Assembly: GCA_028534125.1 (NCBI GenBank)
Contig: CM052816.1
Location: 24,802,001-24,866,000, forward strand
Origin: Lama glama
Lineage: Eukaryota
Length of the DNA stretch: 64,000 nucleotides
Direction of reading: 5' to 3'
Notes under the pieces: generated by a model
The model's input: the letters and a program-made list of their open reading frames with translations, nothing else
The model's database searches: none
What the model was told of the DNA's origin: nothing
Position numbers and translations under genes: made by a program
Shown here: positions 12,037 through 23,419 of the stretch, piece after piece
Numbering within the stretch: position 1 is the stretch's first letter
Layout of the letters: each line of letters starts with the position of its first letter

Positions 12037-13313
12037 TAGGAAAAAAAAAGAAAAAAGAATAAGAGAGAGAGAGAAAGATTTTTAAAAGAAGGGAGAAAGA
12101 GGGTTTGAAAACAATGTATAATGAATAATAGAAGAGCGGGTTGAAGCAGAGTATTAATCGGGTGGAGAAGTCCTTTTAAAACCTTAAAAAAAAAAAAGGG
12201 GGGGTGGGGAGATGAATATATGTGTTTGAAGCCTGTGTCTAATCAATGACAGGACATCAAATCCCAAGAGAAATAGAAATGAATTAAGAAGTAAAAATTA
12301 AAAGAGTAATTGAAAATAGAACAGGTAGAAACAGATTAAAACAAAACAAAACAGAAACAAAAACAGAATACAAAAAAACAAAACAAAGCAAAAAAAACCA
12401 AAAAAAAAAAAAAAAAGGGGGTTGTCGGTGTTCTCCTGGAGTGTGTGTGCTTTTAATGTGATGTCCTTCTGTCTTCGTCCTGTTTTGGAAGCTCAGCTTG
12501 TTTTCATAGGCCCTCCATTGGCACCCTCTTCTGTGCTGCTCCCAACACCTGTCGGCAAGCAGATCGCGCCTCCTCCTAACACGGGGTCAGATGCAGCTCT
12601 CCTCTGCTGCGGGCGGGCGGGTCACTGCCCCTCTGGATGCCGCAGACAGGCCAGGCAGAAGGACGGGTCGTGCCCCTTCCCAGCACCTCGGTCAGGGGTT
12701 GTGTTCCTGCCCGACAGGCGGGGGGCCGCTCTCCCCCTGCCTGCGCCGCCGGTAGCTCCGCTGCTCTGTGCGGCTGCGCGCTCTGCGCCGGCGCTCCGCC
12801 CTGGTCGCGCTCCGCCCCGGTCGGCGCTAGCTGGCAGTTTTTTTTGTTTAATATGTTACTGAAAAAACTTTGGCTTTGTCAGTATTAATAGGTAAAATGA
12901 TAGCACTGAAAGCTGAATACCTTCATCTGAGAAGGAGGAAAGTGTGGTGTGTTGGATAGAGTGGCTCATACTGGCTCACAAGAGCTGGTTGTTAAACATC
13001 AGCCAGCACTGAGTGTAACTATGAGCAACAAAGTCAAAAATTTAAGATGCTGGAGAGTGTGGAGAAAAAGAAAAATACACTGTTGGTGAGAATGTAAATT
13101 GGTGCAGCCACTATGGAAAGCAGTATGGAGATTTTTTTTAAAAACTAAAAATATACTTATATATGATCAAGCAATTCCACTCCTAGGTGTATATCTGGAG
13201 AAAACTCTGATTTGAAATACACATGCACCCATTTGTTCATAGTAGCACTATTTACAATAGCCAAGACATGGAAGCAGTGTCCATCAACAGATAAATGGAT
13301 AGAGAAGACGTGG

Positions 13314-13348
13314 TGTGTGTATGTGTGTATGTGTGTATGTGTGTGTGT

Positions 13349-13383
<35 letters not shown>
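13314..13383. repeat. (TG)n/(TGTGTA)n microsatellite
   Basis: Seen directly. Confidence 0.95.
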
Positions 13384-13386
<3 letters not shown>

Positions 13387-13741
13387 ATTACTCAGCCATA
13401 AAAAAGAATGAAATAATGCCATTTGCAGCAACATGGATGGACCTAGAGTTTATCATACTAAATGAAATAAGTCAGATAGAGGAAAACAAATATCATATGA
13501 TGTCATTTATATGTAGAATTTTAAAAAATTATACAAAGATAAGCTTATTTACAGAACAGAAATAGACTCACAGACATAGAAAACAAACTTATGGTTACCA
13601 TAAGGGGAAAGTGGGGGGAGGGATAAATTAGGAGTTTGGGATTAACATATATAAAAGAGATAACCAACAAGGGCCTACTGTATAGCACTGGGAACTATGT
13701 TCAAAATCTTGTAATAACCTATAATGGAAAAAAAATCTAAA

Positions 13742-13743
<2 letters not shown>

Positions 13744-13803
<60 letters not shown>
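13744..13803. repeat. (TA)~30 microsatellite
   Basis: Seen directly. Confidence 0.95.
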
Positions 13804-13805
<2 letters not shown>

Positions 13806-14204
13806 CTGAATCACTTGGTTGTACACCTGAAACTAATGCAACATTGTAAATCAACTACAGTTCAATTAAAAAAAAGAAAAATATTCAAGATGCATGTTAA
13901 AGAAATAGGTCCCTGATGTCTTGTTCTATCTGTTTCAAGTAGTTATAACAATTTTTGATTATTAACATATTAATGGAAATTTAACTCTTGAAAGACAGTT
14001 AAAAGCTCTTCCTACTTTTATACTCACTCGAATGGAAAACCATAAGCAAATACCCAATCAATAAAACCTTGTATTTCTACAAAGTTATTTCATGTTCATA
14101 TATTCATAAATTTCATTTTTATTTATTCTTCATAGCCTCTGTCTAGCAGAGTATCATCTAAGACTGTTCATGCTGGCATGAACCAACATATTTAATGTTT
14201 TATT

Positions 14205-14590
14205 TTACCTTCACTTAGTCCTTCAATATTCCTCCTCATTTTATGTAGATATGAGTTTCTGACCTTTATTATTTTTCTTCTCTCTAAAAAACTTGTTTTA
14301 ATGTTTCTTGCAAAACAGGTCTACTGGCAACAAACGCCCTCAGTTTTGTTCATCTTATAAAATCTTTATTTCTCCTTCACTTTTAAAGGATAATTTTGCA
14401 GGGTCCAGAATTTGGTGGTTTCTTTCATCACTTTAAATGTTTCATTTGCTCTTTTGCTTGCATGCTTTCTGAGAAGTCAAATGTAATTCTTAGCTTTGTT
14501 TCTCTGTACGTAAGGTTTTTGTTTTTGTTTTTGTTTTTGTTTTTGCCTTCTCTGGCTTTTGTCTATTTCTTTATCTTTGACTTTTTGTAG
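14205..14590 (-). mobile_element. Old L1 fragment
   Basis: caggtctactggcaacaaac...ctttatttctccttcacttttaaaggataattttgcagg. Confidence 0.75.
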
Positions 14591-14829
14591 TTTTGCAAAA
14601 GTTTTAACAAAGTTGTCAGAAAAAAATATATATACATATATATAATTTAAATCAATTCTAGAACAAATTATCTCTAATGCTTAACAGCAAGATAGTTAAG
14701 ATTTTGGGGATATTATTATTTCTTCTTGGTCTCCTTCTTCATTTCTTTTCCTGATTCTCCTTTTTCTTCTTCCTCTTCTCTTTCTCATGCTCCTCCTCTG
14801 CCTGCTTTTTTTTCATACAACAATCTAAC

Positions 14830-15786
14830 ATGGTCAGCTCTTTAAGTGAGGCTGGAGCAAAACTTCACTATTTTGTGTGGTAGACTGTCCTGGGTTTTAC
14901 CCATTCACCATGTCTGTAAGAGCAATAGCTGATTTTCAAATGAATGAATAGCACTACTTATATGAATTTATTTAGAAAGAAGCGTGGTTGAATAGGAAAA
15001 CCATATGCATAGTTTGTATAGGAATACAACCTTCTTTTTCCCCCATATGCTCAAGTTGTTTTGATCAAAAATGCAACTCTGGAGGGCAAGCTTTCTTATA
15101 TGAAACTATATCTTCTTGGATGACCTGTTCATTGCTTGATTAAAGCCATATCTAGGAGCTGTCGTTTGAAAAGTTGCTTTTCTTAAATGTGCATGATTCA
15201 GAAACTCAGAAATATTGGTTGTGTTAATGTTGCTGTTATATGAAACATTAGCCAAAATTGACCGTTGAAAAATCTTGTCAGAATGAGGACCGTTTTATAA
15301 ATGGACTACTTTTCACTTAACAAATACAACTCTGAACCTCAGCTTAGTTAAGCTGAATATTATGACAGCTTATCTCTTAAAAGAAACGTAAAAGTTTTGA
15401 CGGGTTTAGAATCACAGAGTCGTGAGTGCTTGATGCTTAATTCTTAGAGAAAATTTCCTTTTCCTTTTTAAACTCATTTTGTCTCTACAGCGTCTTAAAC
15501 TTCATTGTTAGTCTTCTTTGGCTTTGGCAGTTGAAGGAGAATCTTCCAACAGTGAGTTCCTTTACTGACAATGCTGTTACTTAGATTTTGTAATACTGAT
15601 TGATAGTCAAATGCCATTTAAAATAATTTACATTGAGGAGGTTTTCCTGCCCTCTTGAAAGCCTGTTTCACTGTTGTGAATCACTCTTGCAGTGAAGTGT
15701 TCCTATGTCCACCAAACAAAAAAACAAAAAAAACACTTCTCTTTCCATAAAGAATATCCTGTTATTTCCTATCATATTTTTTTCTT
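14830..15786 (-). pseudogene. Large pseudo-exon with second PA14-like motif set
   Basis: Acceptor ttttccttcttcatag|AA. Fragments: EKNMIGNNRIFFMEREVF, EHFTARVIHNSETG, HLTINQYYKI*VTALSVKELTVGRFSFNC, a 62-codon open stretch NGPHSDKIFQRSILANVSYNS...SSKKI, RRLYSYTNYAYGFPIQPRFF, SYCSYRHGEWVKP. The 3' end is uncertain. Confidence 0.55.
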
Positions 15787-16269
15787 CTATGAAGAAGGAA
15801 AACAGCTGTCCACTGACTTACACATCATGGGACCTTCCATAATTACAGATTGTTAAGTTGCATATTAACTCTTTCTTCTAGACTTATACAAATCTAACTT
15901 TATAAGAATGATTGCCCTAGTTGGTTTATAGATTGGCATGTTTTCCTTCTCTGTGTTGGTGATGTTAGCCCACACTGAGACTGAATTTTCAAAATGCTTT
16001 GATGTATCCTACTATGTTTCATCTTACAGAAGATTTGAAAGTCATTGGAGAAGCTCCTTATAGTTCTGTTTTATGTGCATGGAAATGAAGTCCTCATCCT
16101 CAAAGTGATGTAGGTTGTGAAACTCAAACTAGAACAGAAATCTGTTCCCATCTACCTGAATGTTATTTTCATTAATCCCTCAGATTTCCTTCTACTGCAT
16201 ATGTTTTGAGACATAAAGTGTTCTTTTATGTCCAATGTGTAGAGTCCAGAAATTCAGCCAGTTTCAACA

Positions 16270-17030
16270 TGCTTTTTTTAAGCACTGAGTAAGCAGTAGA
16301 TATTGACCAGGTGCCGAGTTCCAAATAGACATAAACCTTCGAGATGCGTGTGGTAGTAAGAGAGTAGGTCCGGAATTGCAAAGAATATAAGGCTGACGAA
16401 TGGGTGTCTTCGGAGAGGTGTTGATGGTGTGGATGTTTTAGCCCTGATGTTTACTGCCTTCTTGATTAGGAAGATTGGTTCAGTTGACCTGGCTAGCTAG
16501 GTATGTATCCCTTCTCCCCTTTACTTCTTGGCGAATGTATCCTTGGAATTTTATCACAGAGGACAGATTCCAGGTGGAAGAGGGCTGTTTATGAGCCAAA
16601 ATGTAATATAATTATAATTAAACTGTTGTGGAGGAAAGCCACAGGGAGGAGGTGTTACTTGAATAAGTCCTTGCAGGGTGGGCACTATTCTGACAGTGAA
16701 GGATGAACATAGGTGTAAGAAAGACGTTCCGTGGACAAGGAACAGCTTTGGCTTGACGGTAACATACAAAGGGTATTGGAGAAGATAAAATGATCAAAGA
16801 ATGACAGGACATAATGATGACAGTGAGAGTCAAAAGGGTAGAAACATCCTTCCCTTAAAAAGTGAACTCAGAATGTGTCAATTTTGAATGGATTTCAGAA
16901 TAACGTGTTGCCAAGAATTCAATTTGAGAGATTGTCAATTAATCGCAGAGCTTGTGGGAAGCATGAGGATATGTGGAAATTTTAAGGAAAAAAACAGGAA
17001 GAAAATTTGGAAGAATAAGATATGAGAATA
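16270..17030 (-). mobile_element. L2 fragment
   Basis: ggaaagccacagggaggaggtgttacttgaataagtccttgcagg...gttccgtggacaaggaacagc. Confidence 0.6.
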
Positions 17031-17137
17031 AGAATGAACTCAGAAAAATAAGTAGGAAACATCTTCTAGTTAACCTTTACGCAGTTGTCTGTGTCTGCCA
17101 CTTGAAGAATTGAGTGAATCCTACGACAAAGCATTAC

Positions 17138-17935
17138 TTTATTCACTTCTTCAAGAACTGAGACTGGACTACAAATCTTAAGATGTTCTCTAATAGGTAG
17201 TGAATTTTAGGGCCCAAACAACACATTTATTTTTCAGATAGTAGAGAACATCAGTTCCACAGTAGAACGAGACCATTCTTCCTCGTTTTAACACCTTCAA
17301 CTGAGGGTACCAGAGAAAAACTCTTTCATTCCTGACAGCAGCGTACCACAGTTGATGATGTTTAGGGGATGATGTATTAAAATCAACCCAGAAAACTATC
17401 CCCATTTTAGAGTCATACTTGTGAAAACGAGTGGGCTTTAGGCTTTATTTGGTATCTGAACAGCACATGCTCTTAAAACTGTGTTCTTTAAGAAATTATT
17501 TCAATTAGGAGGAAAAAAATCTGTTAAATCTAGACTTCCTAATAATCACTGTATTAAAAACACAGCGACACAGTCTTGCATTCTATTTCTCTAGGGTGCA
17601 GGCTTTACTTGTGGTTAGTCATGTGCGAAACAGAATGAAAACTTCCACTGTCAGTTTACGTTGATTCCCATCTGCCATGAATGGTAACCCATGATCTCTT
17701 TCCCTTCGGGTATTTTTGTTGTGTTCATGTTGCTATTTTACAAAGAATCTGCAATCATTTACTCTGTGTGCCTCACTCAGTTCTTGAAGAGAGACAACAC
17801 TTGAAAACATAATGGCCAGATGATCTCAGGATGCAAGAATCCTTCAGATGTTTGCTGAGAACTGTTGAAAGATGCTTCAGTTTGACAAAAGCAGGAAATG
17901 TTAATTTTCAGCTCTTTTATAAATAGACGGATGAT
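17138..17935 (-). pseudogene. Large pseudo-exon (or two: 17935-17777 and 17455-17138) with PA14-like motif and an 85-codon open stretch
   Basis: Acceptor ttttccctctacag|AT. Reads NHPSIYKRAEN*...FQQFSANI*/GFLHPE/SGHYVF across frameshifts, later SLKPTRFHKYDSKMGIVFWVDF...YPQLKVLKRGRMVSFYCG...KCVVW (includes ORF 17190..17405). Weak phase-1 donor AAA|GTAATG at 17138. Confidence 0.55.
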
Positions 17936-18931
17936 CTGTAGAGGGAAAACTGTTGTCACAGCAAATGTACACTTGAGTGATTCAAACCTAATTAGTGGTT
18001 ATATGATTCACTTTGAATATATTTACTGTAACAACTGGTAAACTGCTTTTCAAATTCAGCTGTTGAAAAGACTTTTTTTTAAACAAAGCAGCTCTGAAAA
18101 TTTATTTTCCTTCTTTCTTACCAAACTTAAACCTTCATCCTTCATATATGTGCTATATATAACCAGTGATTAGCTGCCTTCATCTTCTTTCTGCTCCCAT
18201 TCTACCTCTCCCTGCAAAATTCCCAAAATATTTACTCAGGGAAACCATATTAGCATTATCCACTTGTTTTCAGAAGCAGAAAGATGTGACTATTATCTGT
18301 TAAAAGTGCATATAAGTAGAAGGTTATTTAATTATGAAGAATAAAGGCATATTCCTCAAAAGACTCTTATCTGAACAAGATGTTCAAAGCAACTGATGTA
18401 TGGTAATTCTTTGCTATGCTTTCTCATTTAGTTAAAATACTTCACTTGGTATGACAGAAAAGAAGAGAAATTGAAGCAGGGTGGTGACTTAGTGACTTTA
18501 GCTGCAAGCAATTGGCTATTAAAAGAAATCTTTATATAAAGCAGAGATAATTAATATTTTGGATATACTACAGATTTATTTTGGGGGAATCATTCTGAAA
18601 ACAAAATACTCTAAAATTCAGGTATTGTGTGCTTTAAACCAGCAGTAAGAGGAAGGATATTCTTCCACTCTACTGCATATGCTTCAAAAAAACCTGATTA
18701 TAAAAATAGAAAATTTGTGGAAGATATTTTGGAAAATGTAGAAGCATATAATGAAAAAGAAAAAAATGTAATTCCACTACTCAGTGTTTAGAAGTATTTT
18801 GTTTGCCGACTGTTTCCCGATCTCTACATATGGAATTTAAAAAATATGGAGTCATATTATCTACACACTTTTGTGACTTCTTTGAGAAAAGTTCTTTTCT
18901 CAGTGCCTGCTTGGGTTTCCACATGCCTCAC

Positions 18932-19023
18932 TGGGCTCTTTGAAAGCCAATTCCTCTTTCCAGAAATAGACGTGGAGGAGCAGAGAGTGCAGCTGTGTCT
19001 CAGATATGCCAGCATACATTTTC
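18932..19023 (-). pseudogene. Pseudo-exon, 92 nt, phase 2->1, open: KMYAGISETQLHSLLLHVYFWKEELAFKEP
   Basis: Acceptor tctcacatttctag|G, donor CCA|GTGAGG; phases match both neighbouring exons. Confidence 0.6.
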
Positions 19024-19335
19024 CTAGAAATGTGAGACACCTCTTGAAAATAGTAACTTTTGCCAACTGATTTATGAAGGTTTATATATTAGAAATGAAC
19101 AGTATTAAAAATAAACACAAACTTTAATGCATATTTTAGGAGAGATAGATGAAGGAAGGGAAATTTCTAGAAGGTCCGTTAGATAGTGAGGGCAGAGTCC
19201 TTGAGAGATGGCTCAGAGCTATAGTCATCAAGGTAGTGAGGGGGACGAAATTAACTGATTGGAAGCATTTCACTTCTACACAGAGAAGGCAGAATTGTAA
19301 TTTTACCTGGTGATCATGCTTAGGAACCACCAGTT

Positions 19336-19500
19336 AGCTGGCTCTCTCAGTTGGGTTTAAGTACAGTGTAAATAAGGGTAAGCTCTTAATTTTGGCATCC
19401 ATTTGAGGCAGTTAACTTTACACAGAAAACAAATGAAACAAAACACCCTCCTTCTCCACTCTTTGGCTGCAAACAGTTCTGCCCTGATGAGGTCAGTCAC
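19336..19500 (+). mobile_element. Ancient tRNA-derived SINE (MamSINE1-like)
   Basis: ctcagttgggtttaag...taaataagggtaag...ggcagttaactttacacagaaaa. Confidence 0.4.
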
Positions 19501-22143
19501 ATCACTTAATTTTTTTTTTTTTTGAAATGTAGCCAAAGGAATGAAAAAAGGATCACAATGATAGCAAAGAGAAAATTACTTTACATGGTGGGTGGATAAT
19601 GTGCTGTAAGGTCAGATTCTTAAATACTGTGGTTGGAATCCTTTTTTCAAAAAATTGTAAAAGGCTGAATGATTTTATTACCACTAATACCCTTGTGTCT
19701 CTGAAAGCTAAAATAATCTGAGTAATCAGAATTTATGCTTTAGGATGAAAGATGATTATCTGCAGAGGAGAGGAAGGAAATTCCTCTTTCCCAGTCCTCT
19801 CTGCTAACTACACTGTGAGTTAATAACTGCATAAAGCTTTTGGCTAACATTCTGTGGTGGAGGAGGGTAGACCTTTCTTTAAAAAAAAATCACATTTTGG
19901 TGGCTGTAGACCATGAACGACACAAGTGACAATAATCCGAAACTCTTTACTCAGAGAAAAAGGACCACTTAGAGATACTGCAAAGGAGGGGACGGCTGAT
20001 CTCAGGATGTTTGCCTTCTTCCTTGAGGAGTCAGTTCTTCAAACTGTTGAGATTTATTTTTTTAGTAAGTTTGTTTTAACTGAAACAACTCTATATGATG
20101 GACATGTATTTGTTCTGCTGTACAAGGGTCCCACTAATTTTGAGACTCCTCCTTCCTCATGTTCATCAAGATGGCTGGTTTGGGGTGTTTTAAGTGAGGA
20201 GTTGGGAAGGATAGGATCAAAAATTTGTGGGGTTTAACCCAGATTTATGGAAGACAGGTCTTCTTATTATTAATGGATTCTCTTTGTGGATTTCTGCCAA
20301 ATAGTTAAAGGAAAATTGTTCCGAGCAGAGGTAACTGTTTAAAGTATGTGAATTTCCTCCATAACTTTTGGTGGGAGAAACACAGGTTACTTGTTTTTTT
20401 TCCCCTAAATCTGATTAAATCATGTGTATTGTCCCTATACATGGGAGTGGCAAGAAACATAAACTCCCTCGATTACTACCCATCCTTCTAAAAATGAACT
20501 TGTGTCTCAATTGTCTACACAGTTTAGAAAAGTAATCTCTCAAAAAATCTATGCATATAGTATTCTGTTGATATATTTATTATAAAACATACAAAAACAG
20601 AAATACAAAGAGACATAATAAATAATTATTTTTAAAGTATTTTAACTTTTAATATTAATGAAATAGACCTTTGCAATTATTACTATTATTCATAACTATT
20701 AGTGAACAAAACTTGATTGAGTGTGCTTTATAGTTTTGAAAATCTTGGCTGTATCAGTGATTCACATGTTGGATCATAAGCCCAGTATATTTTCACACTT
20801 GGTTTTAATGAAAACTAAGCTGAAAATGATACTTAATAAAGATAAGTAGATTCAGATGGATGAAGTACAAACTTGACTTCATTGGTGAAATTATAACCTT
20901 TTTTCATATGTAATAATGGAAAGGTTTTGTTGAAATTCATCTGGTACATTTCCGTTTTCCATGATGTCAGTGAATTTAGGGTCTTACACGTTAACACAAA
21001 GGTGTCCTTTGTTACATTTAACTAAAGGGTTCAAATCCCATGAAACTCTTTGTGTAGATGATTTTAAAACAATCTAGAAAATTATGTTTCTAAGTTTTTA
21101 AATTATAAGGTATGAAGTATTTTTAATAGATAATGTGCTTATTTAATTTTGGCAACAAAGTCTCATGTTTCCATTTCCAAACATCTGTTTTTAAAATGCT
21201 TTCTCTATAGCTCAAAATTCTTTCAGAATGTAGTCATTTTTTTCACACTCACTTTTAAAATATCACCTTTACCTTGAGGGAGCAAATAAGGGCATTTACT
21301 TTTTTGGAAGTATCTTCTAGCTTAATAGTGACATTCACTTATTATCACAGAGAAGGTCAACAAATCTGAAACATATGTCTTTTTGTGAAAAAAAAAAAGT
21401 AGTATCTTTAAATTTGATGATCCTTTTGAATACTTTGCCATTAAATAACATTAAATAAAACATGGTCACACCCCATCTCATTTCACAACACTCAAAAATT
21501 CTTTATTGGAGATCATATAATCTGATAAACCAATGTATGGAAGCTGCACTATATAGGAGTACATGGAAAGCTGGTGAAAGCATCACAGCATGGCTTCCCT
21601 TCTGCGTGGTAGGCCCACCACGCTGCCCTCAGGTTAACTCATTCTCTTTCTGAAGTAGGAGAGTCTGACAAATGGACTATGTTTAAGTTCTTACTTTTTT
21701 AAAAAAATAAAATTACACCTAAATACAGGTTTTACCCTTAGGTATAACTATATTTATACTACAGAAATGACGAGTGTACACTCTTTGGGTGTATGCCCTT
21801 TGACTTCTGACTCACACTGGCATCAGGGAGAAATGTTAAGCCCTTGAGGCTCTCCTGCTTCTGTGTCTGTCTAGAACCTGGGAATATTTCATGAGGCTGG
21901 GGCTTGGCCACCCAGTGTCTGGCCTCCATACAGGTAGTTACTCATATTTGAGGTCCATCTACATCAGTGTTGTCCTACAAGGAAATGGAATAACTGTTCT
22001 CTGGACACATGAAACTTTCCACTAGAGAGTTGTCTGTGTTTGCCACCCACTTGAAGTTCTTTATGCAGTTTCAGGCAATTCACCATGAGGTTCTGGTCCC
22101 TTCCTACTGACCAGGACTTTTTAATGTGCTGAGGATGTGTGAG

Positions 22144-22145
<2 letters not shown>

Positions 22146-22182
<37 letters not shown>
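22146..22182. repeat. (GT)~18 microsatellite
   Basis: Seen directly. Confidence 0.95.
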
Positions 22183-22184
<2 letters not shown>

Positions 22185-22284
22185 ATAGTTGGGGGGGGAG
22201 TGGTGAGGAAGAGGCAAACTTGTGTGGTAGATTTGAGGGATTTCAGGAAGGCTCCCTTATCTCACTATCATCTCTGCCAGAAAA

Positions 22285-22502
22285 CCCACTGTTTAAAGTC
22301 AGTCAGATATGTATTTGATTACTGGATCCACTGCTCACTCAATGAGTGACCTTAACCAAAGGATTAATCTGCTTGAAACTCAGTTTTCTCTTCCATAAAT
22401 TAGGCATGAAAGTCTTATCTTTCAGAGCTGGTATGAGAGTTAAAGATAATGTATGTAAAGTACTTAGCACCCTATGTAGGTATTCAATAAATAGTAGCTA
22501 TT
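22285..22502 (+). mobile_element. MIR SINE
   Basis: gagtgaccttaaccaa...ctcagttttctcttccataaa...gataatgtatgtaaagtacttagcac. Confidence 0.85.
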
Positions 22503-22581
22503 AGCTCATTTCTTCTGCCTTTCCTCCTTTTTTGTGTAAATCAGATCCCCTTCTGGGTATTTGGAAAGGATAAGGAGAATA

Positions 22582-22895
22582 TTATAGACTAAATATTTGT
22601 CTCCTCGAAATTCAAGTCCCCAGTGTGATGGTATTTAGAGGTAGAGACTTTAGAAGATAATTAGGGTTAGATTAGGTCCTGAGGGTGGAGACCTCATGAT
22701 GGAATTAATGCCCTTATAAAAAAGGAAGAGACACAAGTTCTCTCTCTCTTCCCTTCTGTTTCTCTCTCCTCAATCTCTCTCTTGTCGACTGAAAAAAAAT
22801 GTAAAACCTTAAAGTTGAGAATTACGTTTTATTTAGCAGAATATAGCAAGAAGGTGGCAAACCATCTGCAAACCACGAAGCAGATTCTCATATCT
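22582..22895 (+). mobile_element. MLT1A/C-like LTR containing a short ERV LTR-end fragment (~22783-22840)
   Basis: cagtgtgatggtatttagaggtagagacttt...gagggtggagacctcatgatggaattaatgcccttataaa. Confidence 0.75.
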
Positions 22896-22924
22896 GACAA
22901 GCAAAATATTTTTTTTTCAAGCAA

Positions 22925-23115
22925 GTAGGGCTTGGGAATCAGAATGTCTGGATTTGGATCCTAGCCCTGATATTTACAATCTATGAATTATCTTGGAGAA
23001 ATTATTTAACCTCTCGGAGTGTATTTCCTCATCTACAAAATAGATTTAAGTATTATCTTATAGAGCTGTTGTGAAAATTGAATGAGAGAATTCACATAAA
23101 GTAAGTTATTAACAA
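22925..23115 (+). mobile_element. MIR SINE
   Basis: aattatttaacctctcggag...ttcctcatctacaaaat...gttgtgaaaattgaatgaga. Confidence 0.8.
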
Positions 23116-23214
23116 TAGTATTACCAGAGGTTGATGTTTTTACTTTAGAGATGTTACGTGATGTGAAAAAAACACTATTCCTGCTTTAAGGATTTTATGA
23201 CCAGAAAAATTTAC

Positions 23215-23419
23215 TTCTTAGCTTAAGGAGTGAGACAAAAAGCATTGAGTGTCATCCTGGGGCTGCATTTTCTGTGCTTAATGGTAAAATATATGTATAT
23301 TTCTAAGTTCTTTATCACTGTCTCCTATGCCAATATCCTTCTATTCAAAGAGCACACTTTTTCTGATATAAAATGTCTTGTATATTGCTTTTGTTTTTCA
23401 CTTGACAATCTTAAGTTTG
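23215..23419 (-). pseudogene. Pseudo-exon, 205 nt, phase 1->2: NLRLSSEKQKQYTRHFISEKVCSLNRRILA*ETVIKNLEIYIYFTIKHRKCSPRMTLNAFCLTP*AK(K)
   Basis: Acceptor ...gttactacatag|CA, donor GAA|GTAAAT, two stops in 67 codons. Same length and phases as the 27027-26823 exon. Confidence 0.55.

Larger units (their letters stand above)
10646..12845 (-). mobile_element. Young, probably camelid-lineage L1 with 3' transduction; interior collapsed into the gap
   Basis: L1 3' UTR at 11335-11536; T-rich and CpG-rich 5' UTR at 12037-12827; flanking direct repeat TAGCTGGCAG-T(n) at 10646 and 12828. Confidence 0.85.
13045..13880 (+). mobile_element. Artiodactyl-type L1 3' end with internal (TG)n and (TA)n
   Basis: ORF2 C-terminus YYSAIKKNEIMPFAATWMDLE; 3' UTR gggataaattaggagtttggg...tgtacacctgaaactaa, then an A tail. 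Confidence 0.9.

Noticed and set aside
11384..12085. 233-aa and 188-aa ORFs
   Set aside because: Artefacts of reading through the N gap, antisense to an L1 UTR.
12422..12888. GC-rich ORFs and apparent CpG-island promoter
   Set aside because: This is the 5' UTR of the young L1, read antisense.
16503..16833. Protein-like ORFs between the two large pseudo-exons
   Set aside because: The sequence matches L2, so I excluded it from the gene model.
21604..21623. Short perfect hairpins (gcgtggt-aggccc-accacgc; also ~9886-9906 and ~62239-62257)
   Set aside because: 7-bp stems are expected by chance in 64 kb and are too short for pre-miRNAs.
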